This document shows positions 29,003 through 39,021 of a DNA stretch of 64,000 nt, one piece after another (the first letter of the stretch is position 1; every line of letters begins with the position of its first letter). The notes under the pieces are model-generated. The model was not told the DNA's origin. It saw nothing but the letters and a program-made list of their open reading frames with translations, and searched no databases. Source of the DNA: a virus; the IMG/VR virus record IMGVR_UViG_3300045988_134731, positions 64,001 through 128,000 of that record, one strand, 5' to 3'. The position numbers and the translations under genes were made by a program.

Positions 29003-30211
29003 TTATATTTTATGTATAAAGTAATATGTATTTTTAATTTTGTTGACAGTCTTTCTTTTCTTATGAACTACATAATGACTCTCTCCTAATATTTTAACAA
29101 ATGTATTCAAATTAATATTTTTACCATTTACATTTTTTATATTTAAATCTTTGGGAATTTGTTGTATTTCGTCAACTATTATCCATTTATTTAAATATTT
29201 TTCATCTAAAGTTATTGTCATAGGTGGTAATGCGTTTTCTTTAGTTTTAACAACTATTAAATTTAAATCTTTTCTAAATCTTCCCCTAGCTTGTATACAT
29301 TCGGTTATATTAGTTGAATTGACGATACATAAATCAACATCTTTATCTGTAACATTGATTCCTGTTTCACTAGATTTATTAAATATAAATACATTATAAG
29401 GTTCTCTTATTTTACCTGTAGTCAACAATTCATCCATGAAACTTATTTGCTCTTCATTTAAAGGATATTTTTCATTATTTCTGCTCCATACACAAATTGG
29501 ATTTAATCCTAAGTCAAGACACATTGTTTCTATTCTCTTCATGTCATTTATTTGTTTTGTATAAATACCTGCTTTCATTCCACCATATAAAAATCCTTCT
29601 AATGATTGTTGCAAGTAAAATTTAATTTGTGAAATGTTATTGATATATAATTTAACCTTATCTATATATCTTTTTATTTCCTTATTGATTAATAAATTAA
29701 TTACATTAAAATTTTCTAATTGTGGGTATTTTCTTACCATTTGTTCTAAATAATAATCTGTTGCTGTCATCATAATTATTGGAGTTCCTAAATGTTTTCT
29801 AAATAAAAAGAATAAAGCTGAACTTAAATCTCTATCTTGATTAAATTCTGAATATTCTATGGCGCTATGTATCTCATCAGCAATAATCAAATCGAAATAT
29901 GATGAAAATTCTTCATTGACATCATATAATATCTTGTGTCCAAATTCCTTATAAGTCATCACTAATATACTTGGATGTTCTTCTTGCACATCTTTATTAT
30001 TAGTTGAATATGTATTCTTTTCTTTTAAAACCTGGTCTTTTAAATTACTATTATCACATAAATATAAATATTGTTTATTAACATCATTCATTAACACATT
30101 TATACAATAATAAGTTTTTCCACTACCTATAGGTGCAAGAATAAGATTATTTTCTTCTTCGCTTAACTTTTTCTTTTTCATTACCTCACTTAAATATTTA
30201 TTACCTCTCAC
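29003..30211 (-). CDS. SF2 (DEAD/DEAH-like) helicase (start set to GTG at 30211)
   Basis: LAPIGSGKT (motif I), IIADEIHS (motif II), MMTAT (motif III) and QARGRFR (motif VI). AAGGAGGA lies 6 nt before the GTG. Confidence 0.65.
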   Translation of the reverse strand: MRGNKYLSEVMKKKKLSEEENNLILAPIGSGKTYYCINVLMNDVNKQYLYLCDNSNLKDQVLKEKNTYSTNNKDVQEEHPSILVMTYKEFGHKILYDVNEEFSSYFDLIIADEIHSAIEYSEFNQDRDLSSALFFLFRKHLGTPIIMMTATDYYLEQMVRKYPQLENFNVINLLINKEIKRYIDKVKLYINNISQIKFYLQQSLEGFLYGGMKAGIYTKQINDMKRIETMCLDLGLNPICVWSRNNEKYPLNEEQISFMDELLTTGKIREPYNVFIFNKSSETGINVTDKDVDLCIVNSTNITECIQARGRFRKDLNLIVVKTKENALPPMTITLDEKYLNKWIIVDEIQQIPKDLNIKNVNGKNINLNTFVKILGESHYVVHKKRKTVNKIKNTYYFIHKI

Positions 30212-30311
30212 AATATCTCCTCCTTGTTTATTAATTATTTTTATTATTATAAGTGATATAACCACTCCACGCAATAATTATACCACTTATAATATATTTG
30301 TCAATGGTTAC

Positions 30312-31199
30312 TTACCATACATTTTCAGCCATAGCTTTTTTATTGTCATTGTCTTGGTGATAATAAAATCTAAAAGTTGTATTACTACTTGAATGACCTA
30401 ATAACTTAGCGACTTCATCGCATGAATAACCAGCCTCAACGTATTTTGTCGCTGAAATATGTCTAAGGTCATGTGGATTGAGTTGTTGTCCTGTAACCTC
30501 TGTTATCTTGTGTATAAGCTTTTCTAAGCCACCAATACTTATTCTGCTTTTATAACTACTAAGGAATAAAGAATTATCCTTAGAAGGGATTCTATTACGT
30601 TCTATCATGTATTCATTATATAGTTGTAATGTTTTACTAGATAATACGCAAGGTTTCCTGCTACCACCTTTTTGAATTACTGTAAATTCTCCAGTATTGG
30701 GATTGATAGTATCTATATTTAATTGTCTAAGCTCTGAATTTCTTAAAGCACAATTAAGCATGACTTCAACAATCAATCTATTTCTCATATTCATATAATT
30801 AGGTTTTCTATTATATTCAGATTCTAAATAAGTTCTTATTTTGTCAACTTGTCCTGTATTTCCTATTTTACCTTTAGATTCAATTCTTAATTGTTTAAGT
30901 TCCTTACTAGCATTAAAATCAATAATCCTAAATGCATATAGATAACTATAAAAACTCTTACAACTAGCAATACGTCGATTAATACTTTGACTGCTTAATC
31001 CTTCATTTTTTTTTCTATTCAACCAGTTTTGTAATATTACCACATTAGAGTTTTGTATATCTTCAATTGTTTTAAAGTTACAATCTTTAATCATTTCCTT
31101 TACTACTGGAATATATGATTTAATAGATTTTGGAGATAAGTTTTTAATATCTTGTAGATATTTAACATAATTATTTATTAATTTTTCCATATTATTCAT
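30312..31199 (-). CDS. tyrosine recombinase (phage integrase/Xer family)
   Basis: Contains ALRNSELRQL (Arg I), HDLRHISAT (HxxR) and LLGHSS...TFRFYYH (His and Tyr). Confidence 0.8.
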   Translation of the reverse strand: MNNMEKLINNYVKYLQDIKNLSPKSIKSYIPVVKEMIKDCNFKTIEDIQNSNVVILQNWLNRKKNEGLSSQSINRRIASCKSFYSYLYAFRIIDFNASKELKQLRIESKGKIGNTGQVDKIRTYLESEYNRKPNYMNMRNRLIVEVMLNCALRNSELRQLNIDTINPNTGEFTVIQKGGSRKPCVLSSKTLQLYNEYMIERNRIPSKDNSLFLSSYKSRISIGGLEKLIHKITEVTGQQLNPHDLRHISATKYVEAGYSCDEVAKLLGHSSSNTTFRFYYHQDNDNKKAMAENVW

Positions 31200-31398
31200 T
31201 ATCTTTTCCTCCCCTTTTTAATATCTTATATATATAAGTATATATCATGTGGTATATTTTGTCAATAGTTTTATTAATAATTTTTATAATCTTTTTGAAC
31301 TATATAAAAATAGACCAGAACAAAATCCAGTCTGTAAGTTTATTAATTATTTTTGTTTCTTAACTTTTCTATTATTTTTATTTGCCCTATACCTGTTA

Positions 31399-31983
31399 TT
31401 AATGTTTTAATTCCAAATTTACTACCATACGGAGTATTTTTATAAGTTTTGCAAAATCGCCTATAGAAATACTATCTGATGTTTTTGAAATGGTTTCAGC
31501 AAAATCAACTTTAGGTTTATCCTCTTCTATCTTACCCAATAATGGTTTTGTTGCTTCTTCTACTTCTATTTTTACTAATTCCTTATGTGCGTTAACGACT
31601 TCTAAAGAATCTTCACTAAATAATTGTAATTGCAATTCTTCTTTTCTTGTTAGTTGTGGCAATTGTTGTTCCTTTAATCTCTTTTCACATTCAATAAAAT
31701 ATTTTCTAAACTTTTTTCCTTTATCATTCCTTTGTAACATACATATTTCTTTTGCCATGTCTAATTTAATTACATGGTCAATATATGTAGTTTCATTACC
31801 TTGGGCTGTTACTTTTTTTTGAGTAATAGCTATATAATCCAAATTCTCTTCAAATCCATATTTCAACATTCTTTTAAACCAATCATTATATCTACTTTCC
31901 ACTCCCAATCCTTTATGTAATTCTCTACCACTTACTATTATTTCTTGATTTTCATTCATTTCTATTTTTATTAATTCATTCAT
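31399..31983 (-). CDS. AntA/AntB-family antirepressor-like protein
   Basis: VSGRELHKGLGVESRYNDWFKRMLKYGFEENLDY matches the AntA N-terminal signature. The C-terminus may be frame-shifted. Confidence 0.6.
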   Translation of the reverse strand: MNELIKIEMNENQEIIVSGRELHKGLGVESRYNDWFKRMLKYGFEENLDYIAITQKKVTAQGNETTYIDHVIKLDMAKEICMLQRNDKGKKFRKYFIECEKRLKEQQLPQLTRKEELQLQLFSEDSLEVVNAHKELVKIEVEEATKPLLGKIEEDKPKVDFAETISKTSDSISIGDFAKLIKILRMVVNLELKH

Positions 31984-32086
31984 TTTATATTCCTCCCCTT
32001 ATTAATTATTTCTATCATCTTTTTTACTTTCCATATATATATATATATAATTCTTTTACATATTTAGAACACCTCCTATATCATTG

Positions 32087-32118
32087 TATTAACAACTATA
32101 TGTAAATAATCACCTATG
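32087..32118 (-). promoter_or_regulatory. class-2 promoter-like element (CATAGGTGAT-N14-TGTTAATA)
   Basis: Exact geometry. It is followed by AGGAGGTG, 8 nt, then an ATG-TAA start-stop at 32056-32061. Confidence 0.5.
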
Positions 32119-32219
32119 ATTTTAATAATTTTTAAAATCTTTTTAAACTATAAAAAAATAGACTAGAATAAAATCTAGCCTATCAATTAATATTATTTGT
32201 CATCATTTCAGTTCTTTTA

Positions 32220-32699
32220 TTAATTCATGTTATCTGCTATGTTAAATACAATTTCACCATCTTTTATTATCAAATAACAAGTTTCCTCCCTATCCTTTGC
32301 GTCACAAATTTGAATTGTAAAGTTAACATTAGTGTAACCTTTGTCGTTTAAGTATTCTTTTAATGTACTAGATGTTTCTTTTAATGTATCTAACAGATTA
32401 TCCCATTTACCAGTATATATAGCATTAGATACCTCTTCATGTTGGAAATAGTTGGTTAATACTAAACCATCCTTTTCCATTTTATAACTGTAATCTTTTC
32501 CATAGAATATTTCATCCACCTTATTTTCGGTTAAATAATATGCTATTTCTACCAGTTGTTGTTTTTGTTTATCCTTTGTTTCATCATCCATTTGTTGAGT
32601 TGTATTTTCTGACACAGAATCAAGTTCAACATCTTTACATCCTATCATAGATATTAATAACATTCCTGTTAATATTAGTACTGATAATTTTTTATTCAT
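32220..32699 (-). CDS. lipoprotein (start trimmed to ATG at 32699)
   Basis: MNKKLSVLILTGMLLISMIGC carries a lipobox. It is a paralog of 16213. Confidence 0.7.
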   Translation of the reverse strand: MNKKLSVLILTGMLLISMIGCKDVELDSVSENTTQQMDDETKDKQKQQLVEIAYYLTENKVDEIFYGKDYSYKMEKDGLVLTNYFQHEEVSNAIYTGKWDNLLDTLKETSSTLKEYLNDKGYTNVNFTIQICDAKDREETCYLIIKDGEIVFNIADNMN

Positions 32700-32720
32700 A
32701 ATTACCAACCTCCTTATGTT

Positions 32721-32879
32721 TTATTTATTATAATTTTTTAACCAATTTTTAAGTTCCTTTAATTGACTTTTATATATGAAATTATAATTTTGTCTTTTTT
32801 GTATTTCTTTTGTTGCAAATGCAATGCTTTCAGCTTCATAAGACATATCATTTATATCTTTTTCTCTCCAATTATGCAT
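32721..32879 (-). CDS. possible small protein (52 aa), or the 3' part of a frame-shifted gene
   Basis: MHNWREKDINDMSYEAESIAF... with a GAAGG RBS. A 28-codon ORF starting at 32974 with a GGAGGGG RBS ends just upstream in another frame. Confidence 0.3.
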   Translation of the reverse strand: MHNWREKDINDMSYEAESIAFATKEIQKRQNYNFIYKSQLKELKNWLKNYNK

Positions 32880-33043
32880 TATACCTTCTATTCTGCTAAA
32901 ATTATGTTTGATTTCTTTATTATTACTTTTTCTTCTTCTAAATCTTTTATTTTTCCTTCAATTATATTTTTCATGTTTACCCCTCCTATTTATCTTTATA
33001 TACTAATCATATCATAATTTACTATCATTTGTCAACACTTTTA

Positions 33044-33667
33044 TTAATTATTTTTACTATCATTCACCATTATATTATTTAATTTAATATATTTTTTTTC
33101 TTTATTATCGTATATTTTTAATTCTCCATAATCAGCTTCATGTCTACCATATAGTAATAATTCAATTATCTTCTCTTTGGATAATCTATCTCTAACTCCT
33201 ACAAGTTTATTACATTTAGTGCAATATATATTATAACGATGATATTCTTTTTCTAGCTCTAAATTAGGAATAAAAAATTCATCGTCATTTACCTCATATT
33301 TATGACAAAATTCTTTCCATTCTTCATAATGACTTGTATTTCTACCATGTTTCTTGTCAGACAATAAATGGATTAATTCATGTTGGATAACATGCTTAAC
33401 CGTATCATTATCATATGCGTTAATACGTTTACTAAATTTAAATTTCACTGGTAATATAAATTCACCATTTCTCTTATATCTGGCACTAAAGTAACCCATG
33501 CTTGATTTAAGTCTACCATCTACTGATATTGGAATTGTATCAATTACATTTCCTATTATCATTCTATCGTTTTCGTCCATGCTATTATTAACGAAACTCT
33601 TCATATAACTTCTTATTTCCTTTTCAGTCCAAACTTTATTATTTTTATTAATATTTTTCCCCATCAT
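33044..33667 (-). CDS. SprT-like zinc metallopeptidase
   Basis: VIQHELIHLL carries HExxH. A downstream CTKCNK zinc-ribbon-like element is present. Confidence 0.55.
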   Translation of the reverse strand: MMGKNINKNNKVWTEKEIRSYMKSFVNNSMDENDRMIIGNVIDTIPISVDGRLKSSMGYFSARYKRNGEFILPVKFKFSKRINAYDNDTVKHVIQHELIHLLSDKKHGRNTSHYEEWKEFCHKYEVNDDEFFIPNLELEKEYHRYNIYCTKCNKLVGVRDRLSKEKIIELLLYGRHEADYGELKIYDNKEKKYIKLNNIMVNDSKNN

Positions 33668-33756
33668 TCAATCCCCCAATTAACTTTATTAATTATTTTT
33701 ACTATCATTGTTACGAGCTAGAGGATTAATTAAAATCCCCTTTGAATTTAATTCCC

Positions 33757-34053
33757 CTATTTATTATTCTTCATATATTCAAAATCTCTAATTCTATATT
33801 TTATTTCATATTCCATATTGCACAATGCATCTGAAATCTTATCTGTTAAATCTTCAATTGTATTTTCTTTGTCAATTTCGACTATATCATTTAATAAATA
33901 ATCAATCATAATTAATTTCTTTTCTATTTTATTACGTTCATCATGAGTTAAATATCTAGCAGTTGCATATATGCATTTTTCTTCTTGTTCATATTCACAA
34001 TTACCTCCCCACATCTTATTATAATCACAATTTACACATACATTTTTATCCAT
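33757..34053 (-). CDS. hypothetical Cys-rich protein
   Basis: ORF with a GGAGG RBS. Confidence 0.55.
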   Translation of the reverse strand: MDKNVCVNCDYNKMWGGNCEYEQEEKCIYATARYLTHDERNKIEKKLIMIDYLLNDIVEIDKENTIEDLTDKISDALCNMEYEIKYRIRDFEYMKNNK

Positions 34054-34117
34054 AATAATTTATCCTCCTTATATAAACAATATCATGTTTAACCATCATT
34101 GTCAAGAGTTTTATTAA

Positions 34118-34954
34118 TTATTTGTAGTTAGTAATTAAAACTTCTATGCTCTTATATCCATTATCTTTTTTATGGTAATTACAATTTGAATAATCATAAT
34201 CTAAGTAGTTTACATTATAATTTTTGCTCCAGTTTATTAATATTTCGTTTTTACTTCCATTATGTTCTAATACATTAGATATTGCAAATTTTATACCTTT
34301 TTCATTTAATCTGTCACATAATGATAATAATTCTTTTTCAGTTTCTTCATTCCAACCTGTATTGTAAGTAGCTTCTGTTACTAAGTATGGTGGGTCTAAA
34401 TATACAAAGTCATTTTCTCCTAATTTGTTAATATCTAAAGATATAAAATTTTTATTTGTAAATTCTATATCTTTTTTCTGAATTGCATTTGAAAAATCTT
34501 TAAATTTTTGTTTTAAACTTGGATTAAAATTTCTTTTCCCAAAAGGCATATTAAATTTTCCTTTCTTATTAAATCTTACTTGATTATTAAAAGAATGGGC
34601 TAATAAAGTATAAAGTACATACCATTCTTTATTACCATCATTGTAAGCTTTTCTTAATTCTAAATAACCTTCTTTGTTTTCTTTACTTAAATCATATTCG
34701 TTAATTATTTTTTCTATCATTTCGATAGCTTTCTCTGTATTATTATTTTGTATTCCTTTATATGTATTTATTACTTGAGTGCATAAATCATTGGCTATTA
34801 TTTTATTAGCATTAACATTCACTGCTACATTACAACCACCTGTAAATAAATCTACAAAAGTGTTTATATTTTTTGGAAATAGTGGTAATATTTGATTTAA
34901 TAATTTCCCTTTTCCACCTGTGTAATTAAGAGGGCTTTTAATATATTTTTCCAT
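34118..34954 (-). CDS. Dam-type (D12 class) N6-adenine DNA methyltransferase
   Basis: PLNYTGGKGKLL near the N-terminus and VYLDPPY motif IV. Confidence 0.8.
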   Translation of the reverse strand: MEKYIKSPLNYTGGKGKLLNQILPLFPKNINTFVDLFTGGCNVAVNVNANKIIANDLCTQVINTYKGIQNNNTEKAIEMIEKIINEYDLSKENKEGYLELRKAYNDGNKEWYVLYTLLAHSFNNQVRFNKKGKFNMPFGKRNFNPSLKQKFKDFSNAIQKKDIEFTNKNFISLDINKLGENDFVYLDPPYLVTEATYNTGWNEETEKELLSLCDRLNEKGIKFAISNVLEHNGSKNEILINWSKNYNVNYLDYDYSNCNYHKKDNGYKSIEVLITNYK

Positions 34955-34983
34955 AATTTCATCTCTCCTTTTATTAATTATTT

Positions 34984-35763
34984 TTAATCATCAATTTCAA
35001 CTTCATAAGCGTATAATGCATCATATACTTCTTGTGGAATCTGTCCTTTATAATAATCCGCAACCTCTTTAATATTCTTTTCTTTATAATATTTATAAAC
35101 CTCAAATGCTTTTTCTTGTGTTTCATATAAACCTAAATATTTATTTTTTGATTTACCTGTTTTGGGATTAATCAAATTACATTGAGATACATATTTTCCA
35201 TTTTTATAATTTGAAACACCTATTGGATTAGTACCTCTTTTACTATCATTTTTAGTAAATAAAGTATTAATTGTATTTGGTACATAAACACAAGTATCTG
35301 GGCTATAAATTTTATTATGTTTGACTAATATATCTTTGTCTAAGCACATTTTCTCGCCTTCTATATCATAATAATTATTTTCGTCCCAATATCCAAAGTT
35401 TTGGAAATTATGAAATTCTTTTGAAACATTACAATTTTTGTATGTTGGATTTTTATGTCTATTCTTTTCATTATAACATCTTTCCAACATATGATTCCAA
35501 GTCTTATAAGCTCTAGTATTTTTACCATTTTCACTTACTTTATACTTACCTTCACCAATATAACCAATAGCATAAATATTTCTTTCATATGGGCATTTTA
35601 TTTGACCATTTTTAAAATTTTGATATGTTTTATTTTTAGCAGTCCAATTATATTCTGGAAAATAAATATCAACATCTTCCCATTTTTTATATTTTATTAT
35701 TACCATCTCACTTCCAAAGTTATTAACTTTTGTTTCTCCAGTTCTATCTATTTTAGCCCCCAT
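34984..35763 (-). CDS. AP2-like DNA-binding protein (paralog family)
   Basis: Collinear with 16729 and 24776. Confidence 0.65.
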   Translation of the reverse strand: MGAKIDRTGETKVNNFGSEMVIIKYKKWEDVDIYFPEYNWTAKNKTYQNFKNGQIKCPYERNIYAIGYIGEGKYKVSENGKNTRAYKTWNHMLERCYNEKNRHKNPTYKNCNVSKEFHNFQNFGYWDENNYYDIEGEKMCLDKDILVKHNKIYSPDTCVYVPNTINTLFTKNDSKRGTNPIGVSNYKNGKYVSQCNLINPKTGKSKNKYLGLYETQEKAFEVYKYYKEKNIKEVADYYKGQIPQEVYDALYAYEVEIDD

Positions 35764-35892
35764 ATTATCTCCTCCTAATTAATTTTATATATTAAGTATA
35801 TCATGTTGTGTTATTATTTGTCAAGAGCTTTTTTATTAATTGTTTTTATAATCTTTTGCAGGTTTTATAGGATAACCTGCAAACCTATAATA

Positions 35893-36756
35893 CTATCCTA
35901 TTAATTTATATTGATTTTGTAAATTTTCAAGTACTATTAAGGTATCTGAATTTCTTTTAGTATACCAACATTTTTTATTTCTATTCCATTTGAATCCAAA
36001 TTGTTTCAACATGTTTCTAAAATTTTCTGATGGTTTACCTTCAAAATATAATTCTATTCCATTTTTTTCAAAGTTTTCTACTATATCAAATTTATCACTA
36101 TTATTTTTATTATTTTTTTCTGTTCTCTTTTTAGATTTTTTAACTTTTCTTTCAACCACTTTAACTGTCTCGTCATAATTACCAAGTTTTAAAGATGGAT
36201 AGAAATTAACGCTAAAATAATCTATTTGAGAGTCACAATCAGAATATCTATATTGATTTATTATTTCCCAAACTCTTGCAACTAATTTTTTACCATATAT
36301 TGATAGTTCTGGATATTCGATATACGGTGATATTTCATAATTGATTATATTTTTATCATCATTTGCATGAACACTTTTAGGAGTTTCTTTCACAATTACA
36401 GTTAAACTACAGCCTCCAGAAAATTCATTTTTTGTAACACTAAATTTACAGTCTGAAAATTCTTCTTTTAATTGTTCTCTAACAAATTTAGCTATTGTTT
36501 TAATATCTAAATTTCTATCGTATTTTTCACCTTTCCAACCATTTTGAGTATAGAATTCATTTCTTGTACTTTCTGCTGTTTCTTCTGTTTTTATATTATC
36601 TCTATTTTTCCAAACAGGAAATAATATATCGTATTCATTATTGATAGCTTTCATTACTTCAACATCTCCGCCTTTGTCTGGATGATGTTTAAAAGCTAGT
36701 TTTTTAAATTGTTTCTTTAAGTCTTCTAAAGAGTTTATATTTTTAAAATATTTCAT
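35893..36756 (-). CDS. J-domain (DnaJ-like) protein
   Basis: LEDLKKQFKKLAFKHHPDKGGDVEVMKAINNEYDIL is a canonical J-domain helix II-III with the HPD motif. Confidence 0.75.
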   Translation of the reverse strand: MKYFKNINSLEDLKKQFKKLAFKHHPDKGGDVEVMKAINNEYDILFPVWKNRDNIKTEETAESTRNEFYTQNGWKGEKYDRNLDIKTIAKFVREQLKEEFSDCKFSVTKNEFSGGCSLTVIVKETPKSVHANDDKNIINYEISPYIEYPELSIYGKKLVARVWEIINQYRYSDCDSQIDYFSVNFYPSLKLGNYDETVKVVERKVKKSKKRTEKNNKNNSDKFDIVENFEKNGIELYFEGKPSENFRNMLKQFGFKWNRNKKCWYTKRNSDTLIVLENLQNQYKLIG

Positions 36757-36887
36757 ATCATTTATCCCCTTTCAATTATCTTACTTATATAATAACACAC
36801 TTTATATTATATCGTCAATGACTTTTTAATAATTTATTAATTATTTTTATCATCATTGACTTTGAGCTAGAGGACTATCTGAAGTCC

Positions 36888-37127
36888 TCATATGATTTTT
36901 TTAATTTCTGATATCAATATATCATAGTTGTCTTTTATATATTTCTTGGCTTGATTTATAGTTCTAAATTCCATACTGTCGTTGTTGCACTCTACTGCAA
37001 AATCTATTGCAGCATCTGAATTATCTCCTATTAATTCTAGTGTTGGTTCTAATCTCCAACTTTGTGTATATTCGCTAAAATTAATTAAAAATCCTTTGTA
37101 TTTATAATTTCCTGTACATTGTTTCAT
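36888..37127 (-). CDS. hypothetical protein
   Basis: ORF with a GGAG RBS. Confidence 0.55.
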   Translation of the reverse strand: MKQCTGNYKYKGFLINFSEYTQSWRLEPTLELIGDNSDAAIDFAVECNNDSMEFRTINQAKKYIKDNYDILISEIKKII

Positions 37128-37274
37128 GTTATCAACTCCTTATTAATTATTATAGTTACATTATATATCATTGCAAATATATTTGTCAATAGCTTTTTAT
37201 AAAATTTTATTAATTATTTTTATTATCATTTTCTATATGGTAGTACAGATGTTTCCATACTACCATATAATAGT

Positions 37275-37769
37275 TTATATCATCATTTCTAATCGACTTA
37301 TTAATTTTGATATAACATTATATATAAAGTCTGCGTCCTCCATATCACAAATATAATTCCAGACGCACTGTTCCTCATCTTCGTAACCCAATTCATTAAA
37401 ATACTTATATTCACTCCATGTAGCGTTATCCCAAATATACTGTTGTTTATCCACATTACTTTCAAATATTTCTTCACATTCTTCCATCAGATAGTCCACG
37501 AATTCTTGATAATCATCTTGCAACTCGATGTCACCAAATTCTATTTCTGGCACTTCTACATATTCACTAATTGCTAATAATAACAATTGATTATCTTTTA
37601 TTTCATTTGTATTTGTAGTTGTTATTGTTCCATCTAAATTTAATACTATGTTGGTTTTTATTTTGCCATCATACCACGCTTGTTTATGAAGCGTACAATA
37701 GCAATCTATTATCTTACCTTCTATTGTTTTGTCATTTAACAGATTTAAAAATCTTTTAATATTATTCAT
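37275..37769 (-). CDS. hypothetical acidic protein (start trimmed)
   Basis: The AAAGGGGAA RBS fits the third in-frame ATG. Confidence 0.55.
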   Translation of the reverse strand: MNNIKRFLNLLNDKTIEGKIIDCYCTLHKQAWYDGKIKTNIVLNLDGTITTTNTNEIKDNQLLLLAISEYVEVPEIEFGDIELQDDYQEFVDYLMEECEEIFESNVDKQQYIWDNATWSEYKYFNELGYEDEEQCVWNYICDMEDADFIYNVISKLISRLEMMI

Positions 37770-37874
37770 TATCATTTCCCCTTTCAATTATCTTACTTAT
37801 ATTATAGCACTTGCAATTTAAAATTACAATCACTATTTATTAATTATTTTTTAAGAGCTGGTAGGGACTAATCC

Positions 37875-38150
37875 CTACCATTTTGTATAATATTCGTCAT
37901 CATCGTATTTATTTAAGTATGAAGTCTTTGAAGTCATTTTAAAATCATATTCATTATCAACGTCACTTACTTCTACTATGTATTTTTTTCTATTTAGAGA
38001 TACTTGTATATCTGTAGCTCCAAAAGGAATATCATCTAATACTTTTTTAATGTTGTTATAATTTAGTTTTTCTATTGATTTATCCCAACAACCTATTATA
38101 AAACCTTCCTTATTTAATTTCTCTTCAATTCTTTGTTTATTTGTTTTCAT
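37875..38150 (-). CDS. hypothetical protein
   Basis: ORF with a GGAGAA RBS. Confidence 0.55.
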   Translation of the reverse strand: MKTNKQRIEEKLNKEGFIIGCWDKSIEKLNYNNIKKVLDDIPFGATDIQVSLNRKKYIVEVSDVDNEYDFKMTSKTSYLNKYDDDEYYTKW

Positions 38151-38304
38151 ATTATCATTTCTCCTTTTTATTTATTATTATACTTTATATTATATCACAC
38201 ATCATTTTATTTTGTCAAGAGCTTTTTAAAAAATTTATTAATTATTTTTACTGTTATTTTTGATAGCTCGAGCTAGAGGGATTTAACCCTCATAATATCA
38301 TACA

Positions 38305-38817
38305 CTAACATAAGTTTGTTTCCCAAAATTGAGATTCTTCTTCAGCTTCTTTTACACTGATATCATTCATTATTGACCATATTTCAAACTTATGTCTTTT
38401 TATAAATGATACCGCGAATTTATCTGCATCTTTTTCTAATGTTAATTCTCTATAAGTTTTGTAAGCTTCTTCATAAGTTTTATATATTGTATTTTCATAT
38501 AAAAAGTATTCATTATCATATTTTTCATTATTCATTAATCCTTGTCTTGCGTGTCCTACTTCATGTAAAAATGAAAATGTTTCCAAAAAGTCATAAAACA
38601 TATAAACATTAGAGTCTAAATTATATTCTTTTTTTAAGTATTCAATCATAAATTTATACCATTTAGAATTTATGTTAAAATTACAATTCTGAATTGTTAT
38701 CACATCATTTGTACTATATGAAAATTTATCATCTTTTATTAATTTTATATTATCTAGATTTATACCTTCTGATTTAACTAATTCCAATATTTTATTTGCT
38801 TTTTCTAACGTTAACAT
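38305..38817 (-). CDS. putative HExxH zinc metallopeptidase
   Basis: FLHEVGHARQG motif. The rest is unrecognised. Confidence 0.4.
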   Translation of the reverse strand: MLTLEKANKILELVKSEGINLDNIKLIKDDKFSYSTNDVITIQNCNFNINSKWYKFMIEYLKKEYNLDSNVYMFYDFLETFSFLHEVGHARQGLMNNEKYDNEYFLYENTIYKTYEEAYKTYRELTLEKDADKFAVSFIKRHKFEIWSIMNDISVKEAEEESQFWETNLC

Positions 38818-39021
38818 ATTATCATCTCCTAATTAATTATCATACTTAAAGTATATTACTTTCAATTTTATTTATCAAGAAAAACTTTTTTTAAATTTTA
38901 TTAATTATTTTTGAGCTATACTACTTATAAAAATATAAGCAGTATTATTAATTATTTATACTATCATTTAAGATAGCTTTGAGCTATATTGCCTATATAT
39001 AGGCAATATTATTAATTATTT

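Noticed and set aside
30312-31300. attP site next to the tyrosine recombinase
   Set aside because: I could not identify a core or arm-type repeat pattern distinct from the generic intergenic cassette. With ParMR and Rep present, the enzyme may instead be a dimer-resolution recombinase. It cannot be decided from this window.
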